DNA of 64,000 nt from Antedon mediterranea. Taxonomy: Eukaryota > Animalia > Echinodermata. Of the stretch, positions 30,243-64,000 are shown one piece after another; within the stretch, counting starts at the first letter, position 1, and the number at the start of each line of letters is the position of its first letter. The notes below the pieces were generated by a model. The model worked only from the letters and a program-made list of their open reading frames with translations, was not told where the DNA came from and searched no databases. The stretch lies in NCBI RefSeq assembly GCF_964355755.1, contig NC_092680.1, forward strand, positions 496,001 to 560,000. The letters run 5' to 3'. A program made the position numbers and the translations under genes.

Positions 30243-33200
30243 TTAACGTCTCTCAAAGTGTACATCGCGCATTTCACGATCTCTTACGGATGATTGACTA
30301 TTTGGTGTATGAAAGGTCGGAGGTCGAAGTACAGATTTGTTACTCGTAGCTCTTGAGTTTGCTTCTAAAAGAACATCCATTTTTTCTTCCACTCTGGAAA
30401 TAAATAAAAACATAACAAGTATTAAAAGGTTATTACTGGGATCAAAACTTTTAAAATGGACATGAAATGATTTTAAAAATTCAAGTTCTGTAAACATAAT
30501 TTTGAAATGTTAAGATACCTCGAAATCTACCAAAACATATCAGTGGTCATTACAATTCTTGACCGTATGAATCACATCGGGCCAATTGACCCTCTGGATG
30601 GTGCAAGTGAAATTGGCTTGCTTACCATGACACGGACGCGGAGCAACATCATGGGTAAATGACATAAAAGAATAAACTGGGCAAGGATTGGTAGCAGTAT
30701 CATCATCAGCTCTGAATGTTGACGTGAAAAAGTGATGACCATCGCAACGCGATTCGCGCCAACGGACTAAGAGAGAGACCATGTACTGCTGTTAGAACCG
30801 CATACTGCCAAAGTACAACAACGAATGATTTTGTATATTCGTGAATTGGAATAAATTCAAACACACACAGTTTACATACGGTAATTTTAAACAAAAAATT
30901 CATTTCTTGTCCATCTTAAATTGAAAATTAAGATAATAAGAAAACAAAAACACGTAATTGCAATACACCATGCAAATCTAATATAATAAAGTTGATCAAA
31001 ATTAGTAAACAAGTTGGCAGCGATGAATCAAAGGAGATTGCATAATTCGTTGTGTATTCCTTATTTCCTTTTCCATAACTGACAAATAATAGAAGATTCC
31101 GCTTCCCTTAAGCTACACTATCAAACTGTATGTGACAAAAAAATGTGATGTGCCTATAAATGGACATGATGACATCATATGTTGTCAAACTAGTTTGATA
31201 GTGTAGATCGAGTTTTACTCGGTTCTTACCAACAAATCTAAATATAACTTATGAACATTTGGGATCGGAATAACATGAAAAATGATTTGAAAAATATTGT
31301 TGAGATATGAAATTAGAAGATATAAAATGAACAAAAAATCGTAAAACTGTGAGAAAAGCTTATAGTAAATTTAATTGGAGTAATTAGGAAAGTAAGAATA
31401 GAAAATGTAAAGATGATAGTATTCATTGAGGTTAGCAGTATCTGTTGTTAGTATTAAACTAAATATAAAAGTGTTACAATTACTAACTATAATGCAAACA
31501 TTTAGATGAACTATGAAGAAACAAACAATCATCCTTAGTATCTGTATTTTGATTAAAATACTATGATTGAGTATAAAAAGAAAGGATATAATGATGTAAC
31601 ATGCTAATTTCAATCAGGAAAGCTTGTAGTTAATTTAAAAACAAAATGTAATTTTAACTAAAGCAAGCAAGCATATATTCATGAGATTTTTAGCAACAAA
31701 GTGTTAAAGCTTAAAGAAAAAAAGAAAAAATTCCATTTAAATATACAAAAAAAATCAGGATATTTTCTATTCCTTTCATGCATTTAGGTGCATTTGTAAG
31801 AAATATTTATTTACCAAATAAATTTGTTTGTTTGTTGGAGTTTTGATTAAAACCATGCAAGAACATCAATAGAAACAAGCAATTGAAATGAAATAAATTC
31901 TTTACTAAGGCATAACAAACACTAATCATGCAAAGCAATATAGTAACTATTAGCTAACATGCATTAACAATAGAAGGAAAGCAGCCTTCCATAAAAATAA
32001 TAACTTACTCTTCAGGATATATTTTCAGGAAAAGGTTGTATCACCGCAATAAATAACTACATTTTTACAACAAATCAACATATTAAACATCAATAACTTG
32101 TTCTTGCTAACAATCGTATTCATAAGGTATGGTAAAGCATTGTGGGGGTTTATCAGTGAGTGCATTGAATGTTATGATAGCACAAACAGCTGTAGTGAGT
32201 GAAAAAGTGTATTCACAGTAAAATATGTCTTTATTTTATTAAGTCGATACATTTTAAAAGGTTTCCCTTATTCAAGAAGTGTAAATATCACAAATGGTTT
32301 AAAAGTCTTGGACATGTGTTGTCTAATCTTCACGTAAGTTATAAAATTAATAATTAGTCTTTTTCAAATATTTTTAATAAACTTTACAGATATAACCAAG
32401 TTAAGATGGCTATAATATTGTCACGATTTTAAAACTTTTTTTCACTGCGCAGTTTAATCTCATCTCTGTGGGTAATTTTTTTTGTAATGAAAAACTAGTC
32501 AATAGGCAAATCTGTTTACATAAAATTAAACTTTGGCCATTATTCCTTGAAAAGAAGTACTATAATATTTAGTGAATATTACTTACTGTCCAGCATCCTG
32601 TTTGTACATGTCCTCTGCCTTCTTTGGGATCAAAAACTCATCCACTCTGCCAACCGTTCCTGTTCTGTCTTTGTAGTGGTCCCTGTGCTGCTGGGCAAGC
32701 TGTACACAATGATAATAAACATATTTAGTGGACGTGGTGTGAGAATTGAGTTGAGATTTAAGAATATGCTTTGTCAATTTAGGAAGCTAAATTACAGTAT
32801 GTTAAATAGTTCTCAACTTGCTTAATTGATTTCAGTAATTTTGACAGAAAATATCATTATTTTTGTATGTGCTGCATCAAACATGAGTGTGCGAAGAACG
32901 ATTTTTCAACTTGACATTTATGTAACTGGTTGACCGTTGATACACCATGAAAATGAAAGGCTGCAGCGTGCTATGTTTTGACACTTTAAAAAAAAATGTT
33001 ACCTTATCAAATGACTGTAGCTGATCCTGCCTGTCGTGTTGAACATTATTTAATGAGTATGGTGGCGCAGTTCTCCATCGTTCCCGTGTTCTCTCCCTGT
33101 TTGGGATTACTAGGTCTGGGTTATGAGTGTATACAGTTGGAAATTGACCACCATTTGCATAATTTGTTTGGCTCGTGTTAAGCGTTTTGGAACGGTAATC

Positions 33201-33742
33201 TTGAAAGTATTTAGCAGTGGCGTTACCGTATGTCTCACCATAATCGTACTTCAGAGTTGGGCAGTGACCTTTATACCTGAAATACAATAAAAAAAAGGCT
33301 TTAAAAAAACTTACAAGACAGACAATTATTTACTAACTTCATTTGTTTCCTATTTAAAAATGCCTATCCCTAGGCCTATTAGTATTGTGATTTAATAATA
33401 ATTATTATTACTATGTAACTAGGCCTAGCCTAGGCCTAGGCTAAGCCTACGCTACTCAGCCTTCCTAATTTATCTTAATAAGCCTAGTCTAGACAGTCAC
33501 AGTGTGCACCCTGCACAGCAGCTGCTTGGTTGTTGGGTCACCCTAAATGCTAGCCTAGGCCTCCCAGCACTAGGCTCTAGTAGTAGTAAATACTAATAGA
33601 TATGCCACATGATCATTTCACTCAATTAAATATTGTTGTAAAGTTTATATCACACAGATTTTTTTACTTACCCTGGCATGAGTTTTGGAGGTATATAAGT
33701 TGCCTGGTGAGTAGTGGTCAATGTTCCGGCTGCTTTTGACAT
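30243..33742 (-). CDS. FAM166C: FAM166C / C2orf70 (ciliary microtubule inner protein 2C), 4 coding exons, 202 aa
   Basis: Exons 33742-33672, 33276-33003, 32699-32587, 30393-30243 give [52 protein letters not shown]...QQHRDHYKDRTG...RDREMRDVHFERR*. The PGYxGHCP motif and the length match the family. Confidence 0.85.
31109..31217. mobile_element. MITE family A, internally deleted copy
   Basis: CTACACTATCAAAC ... GTTTGATAGTGTAG. Confidence 0.8.
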
Positions 33743-35390
33743 TTTGAAAGGTTTTTATTCAAATATATTTAGAAGAAAAAGTCTTGTACACCGCTGAAAA
33801 CTACAGTATATTGTGTTGAAGACAGAGATACCGATTGCTGAGAGAGAAATCACCACACCACAATGTTTTTATTTACACCCCGCCGCATAACCTTAACATT
33901 AACGTGATATATTATTCCGCAAAAATTAAAGCACGTAAAAAATGATTCATTAATCATCAAAATGCAAACATTCCAATTATAATTGTAGGATTGCAAATAT
34001 CTAGTTATTAGTAAAATAATAATTATTCTAATATTCACCATATTATGGTTTTTAATGAACTATTTTCTATTATGTTAGTTGGCTCCCGGTATCCTTAACA
34101 ACGGAATAAGCCATTCTTACTATAGAGGGCGTAAACAAGATTTCCAAGAAAAAAGTAAGCAGTCAAAATTCTAAAAATAGTAATTCCGGATGTGCGTTAG
34201 ATATCATACGCGCGACAACTTCCGACGCACAATTTCCTACGCGATAGTATCTTAGAAAATTAAACGAATGTAAATTGTAAACAAACCATATTCTATCTCT
34301 CTATAATATCAAAGATAATAAAATATATACCTATTTATATTCTTTGATAATATCAACAAACACACAGAACGAGCCTGGTTATATTAGCTGGTGGTAGTAC
34401 ACTTCTCACCTGTAAGGAAATTAATGTTATTTTACAATTTTATAAACAAATTTGAAACTAAATGATTTGTTTTCAGATTAATTTTTAAAATAATTTGTTT
34501 TAGAAAGTTTTCAGCTAGTTGTAATGTAGTACATAACATAGTAAATATTTATTAACTACTAGGCCTAGGCCTATGACTTCACTCAAACAAGGTAATTTCT
34601 ACTATGGCCCAGTACAGTATTATAGGCCTAGCAGTAATAGTATGAATATATAGTAGTTTACAAGAGATAAAAGTTTATAATATTATTATTAATATAGTGT
34701 AAGATTTTAAGTAAGGATTTAATTATACGATTTTTCAGCATATGAATAAAACATATAATAGCTCTAAACATTGGGAAATATTGGGAAAAAAATATCTTCT
34801 CAATACCTATTTATAAAAAATTAAAATACACTTTACTTCTAGCATTAAACATGGTGTACAATAAAAAAAAAAAGAATTGACAAATGAACACCCTCATCTT
34901 ACATCTTTATTTATAAAATGGATCACCTACAAGTATTTCTCATTTGGCATGCAAAACAAGATAAAGTGGGAGAAGCAGAAAAAACATGGAATCAACAAAA
35001 ATGATTCACTGAATTCCATTATTTTACATTTAATTGTCTTACAATTTAGAACTACAAATTACAAACACAGACACATTCACTAGCCAAAAAAAAAAAAAAT
35101 GGTTGCATTCTCACAATAATATTACACAACCGTGTCATTAATTGGGTGAAATTACCAAATTCCAGTTAAAACCAGTCGGAATTAACTGATTTAAATGTTA
35201 TTTGGTTACTGGTATTAACTAGTTTACTGGTACGATAACTGATTTTTATTATTTTAAAATTTTCCAGTTGATTATCAACAACCAGTTAAAACAAGTTTAC
35301 AATTGGAACTTGGTTACTGGTGTTGACTGTTTACCGGTATGTTAACTACTTTTAATCATTTTCCAGTTTTTCCAGTCAACGAGTTGCAAT

Positions 35391-35800
35391 TTGGTTAATG
35401 GTATTAACAGGTATCAAACTTAAGTTGGTTACTGGTATTAACAGGTATCAAACTTAAGTTGGTTACCGGTATTAACAGGTATCAAACTTAAGTTGGTTAC
35501 CGGTATTAACAGGTATCAAACTTAAGTTTGGTTACTGGTACTAACAGGTATCAAACTTAAGTTTGGTTACTGGTACTAACAGGTATCAAACTTAAGTTGG
35601 TTACCGGTACTAACAGGTATCAAACTTAAGTTTGGTTACTGGTACTAACAGGTATCAAACTTAAGTTGGTTACTGGTACTAACAGGTATCAAACTTAAGT
35701 TTGGTTACTGGTACTAACAGGTATCAAACTTAAGTTGGTTACTGGTACTAAACAGGTATCAAACTTAAGTTGGTTACTGGTACTAAACAGGTATCAAACT
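35391..35800. repeat. 34-35-bp minisatellite TTGGTTACTGGTAYTAACAGGTATCAAACTTAAG, ~12 copies
   Basis: Tandem units; degenerate related sequence extends upstream to ~35155. Confidence 0.95.
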
Positions 35801-38800
35801 GGAATTTAGTGCATAATAAATGAATGTGTACAGAATACAATAAATACATTCATATAATAAATTAAAACGTGTTCAAGGTACCCAAGAAATCTAACTAATG
35901 TTCTATTTACACCATTGCTAATTTATCAAAAATTTAGGGAATTTTATTTCTTGGAATTTCAAGTTTTAAAACAATATAATACTCCAGAAATAAAAGATAA
36001 TTATTAAAAATAAATATAAAACAATAAAGAACATTACAAAACATGGCAAACACCGTAAACTGTATGCAATTGTAGAACAATATCATAATAAACATCTTTG
36101 GAATATTTTTAAAAATTAATAAAAGTTAAATTACAGTTTACATTCCTTAAAATTAATGCATTATTGGTAAATTGAAATATTATTAATAGATTACTTGTCT
36201 GAACAAGCAATTAAAAAAAAAAAGGAAAATTTCCCAATTTTTGTTGTTGCAATATTTGCATTTAAAATTTAAACTTATTGACAAATGGGAATAGACATTT
36301 GGAATGACATAATAATAGTTAACAAATGAGTATGAATTATTACTGGATATAATTGTAAGTATTATCAACAAATCGTTAAATTTCGAACATTCTTAATAAA
36401 GATAAAAATCATTTTTCCAAAAGTGATCCAAAATTGTTTATTGTGAAATGAGGTAATGTATTTGTGAACCGCATTACTAAATTTAATGGATTTTGGAAAA
36501 TAAATTACCCTGGAATGTTGATCATTTATTTCTGGAAAGTATTGAACCCATTGGACACACACCCTTATCATTGGACACACCCCTATCCTTATCATGTTTA
36601 AAATATTCAAATACAAAAACTATATTTTTTTAACTTGTATTGTAAAATCTTTTGTATTGGTACTTAAAGAATATAATATATAATTATAAAACTTTCCAAA
36701 AGTTTTTGAGTTATAGAAGGATTAGTTATTATTTAAAGGAAAAAGAAAACAAAAAGAATATCAATTTAGTTAATATTTTGAATTACAATGTTTGTTAAAC
36801 TTAAAATGTTGTGTCTGTGATAGCGTTGCGCATTTGGTTGCTCTACCAAAATTAAGAATGTACTATTTTATGATGATGATTTTTAGGTTTACAAAGTTAT
36901 CAACTGTTGTGTGAGTTACAGCAGCAAACATGTGCAGGGATTGAAAACATTAAATCAGAGTTGTTGAACTGGGTGTTACCTACATTAATACGTTCATTGG
37001 TCATGTAAACTAAGCACCCAATTCTCTGTACTGTATCTTCGCATGTGGCATTACTGTGTAAGTACAGTATTACAGGCGAATTCTGTAATACAGCATCACA
37101 TATGTATCATATGATGCATGTATTATGTTATGGTCAAGCATTATTTTTTCCTCCATGGGTCAAGTGTATGACCAATTATGATACAGGTGTCATATGTGAT
37201 ACATATGTGACACTGTATCATAGAATTTTACTTTGATACTGTAAAAATTATAATGAGCTGAGAATTGAGTAATCTAAGGTACTTTTATACAATGTATATA
37301 CATGCTGCATCCATATACATAATAATCATCAATGTAATTGCCATGTGTACATATACAGTATGATGTACTGTACTGCTTATTTATAAAATATAAACTTTCA
37401 TTCATGCTGATTTTATAACAATTTAACATACAACATCGCACAAACAATTATGTTTTGTACTTGGAAAAACAAGCAGGCAAGCATATCATTGCATACATAT
37501 CTGTGTATAATATGCAATGACATTGTACCCCAGGTGTAATAAGCCCAATGCAAATTTGGATACATCTGACAGGGATAGGTCAAACCACTTTAGCCATCCC
37601 AAGGTATGAGTGGTCAAGGCTTTAACCAGAGTCAGTATATGGTATATATTTACATAATTACATTTTTAATATGCATTATATCAATATATGCATATGAATA
37701 TGCAGAACACCTAAGGTTGTGTGCGGAACACGTGCACACGTGACGTGCATAAAACACATTAACACATATATAACTTGAGTGAATGCATTATACCCTGCTT
37801 GGTTTATATCTTTTTTTTCATAACACACATTTAAATTGATAATTTATGCTGAATAATCACATGACATATTACTATACAGTGCAGAAGCGTTTTTCTGTAT
37901 CAACAAAGACAATCAACATTGGTGGCGCTACAACCAATGCTCATTTACACAACGTTTATCTACTTAAAATTCTATTTATAGTCTATTACTCACAAAATTA
38001 CTTTACAAGACCTTTGTTTCAGAAAGTCCAGACAATTTTATATTGCAAATGGCGCATAATTTACACATATTTTTGTTCTGAGATCAACTCTATAAGAAGA
38101 TAAAACACACTATTACGCTTGTACAAAAGAAATCTTTTATAAATGTGAATATTGAGTTTACAAGCTATTCACTACCCTACAAAAAACCATTTTAATACCC
38201 TAGCTTAAACTAACATATTTTTTAGAATAATTTCATTCAGCGAGTAACCCTAGGAACGACTGAACCTGCTCCCTGGGTAACTTTCATTAGCTTTGATGGA
38301 AAGCTGTAAAATATAACATTAATGTTAGGTAATGCATTGGTTTGTAGATGTGATATTCGCATTCTATTTCAAACAATGTCAATAAGTACCAAAACATGGT
38401 CAACAATTGGTACTTCTACAGGCCTACTGTTACTGATGCACTGTCTTTCCAAGTTTATTGTTTTTTCCCTGCTAGCATCTCATCCTCCGCAGCATGTCAA
38501 CATTTTATACAGTCAGTTTTCTGTCTTTAACATGCCTTTGGTATAATAGTTTGTCGCCCTCGCAGTAGTTTTAAATTTGGTCATCGTACAACTTTTAGGT
38601 TTCCAACTCCAACAGCTTATTTCTACGCTCCATTGCACTTACTTTGCAAGATCCTTTTCTTAAATAAAATGGCCGCCAACGTACTTGGCACATCAACAAA
38701 TTCTCCTGAATGTCTGAACATTTTAGTCACCTGCTTTGTAACAGTTCATCTGTTAAGCTTATTATTTTAAATTGCAATCTAATAAATAATTGTTGTGACA

Positions 38801-39005
38801 TTTATACTCAGACAGCGATTTTAGAAATACTTTGAAATATGTTCTATAGTCCGCATTAAAAGTATTCCAAAATTATAAATAGACACACACTTCCTTGAAG
38901 TAAGTTTGTTGAAGTCATTTGCGTGTATTCAAATATTTGTACATCTTCATTCATGCAAGCTTTGTGCAATGTCTCTATACATACAACCCTTTTGGAGTTC
39001 AAAGT

Positions 39006-63927
<24,922 letters not shown>

Positions 63928-64000
63928 CTGTAAATTGTACCAAATAAATATGTTAGTTACAGCCAATGTTCATTTCATTTTTTTCAGGAAAAGGCATTTG

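Noticed and set aside
32009-32056. 48-nt exon-like segment in a FAM166C intron (AG...GTAAGT)
   Set aside because: Weak pyrimidine tract and an in-frame TGA after five codons; insufficient support.

Overview
AT-rich, intron-rich eukaryotic genomic DNA from a metazoan. An invertebrate deuterostome such as an echinoderm is my guess; the taxon is not proven. Exon-by-exon reconstruction from GT-AG junctions and reading phase gives six protein-coding genes: DHX16/Prp2 (minus, 3' end runs off the window start), MAPK15/ERK7-8 (minus, complete), TMEM14C (minus, complete), a divergent POFUT1-like O-fucosyltransferase (plus, complete), FAM166C/C2orf70 (minus, complete) and eyes absent EYA (minus, 5' end runs off the window end, with a ~14.9 kb intron). 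Introns carry several MITE families, a CR1/L2-type LINE 3' fragment and many minisatellites. The long repetitive ORFs in the ORF track are artefacts of these minisatellites. The best lead is the POFUT1-like gene: it has two tandem, frame-incompatible copies of exon 2, which encodes the catalytic GRFGNQ loop. They read GQFSGQ and GRFGSQ, so neither has the canonical catalytic Asn. Other leads are TAGGCCTA clusters just downstream of four gene 5' ends (a fifth predicts an unannotated transcript), an 18-nt EYA microexon, a triplicated DHX16 splice donor and a nested MITE.
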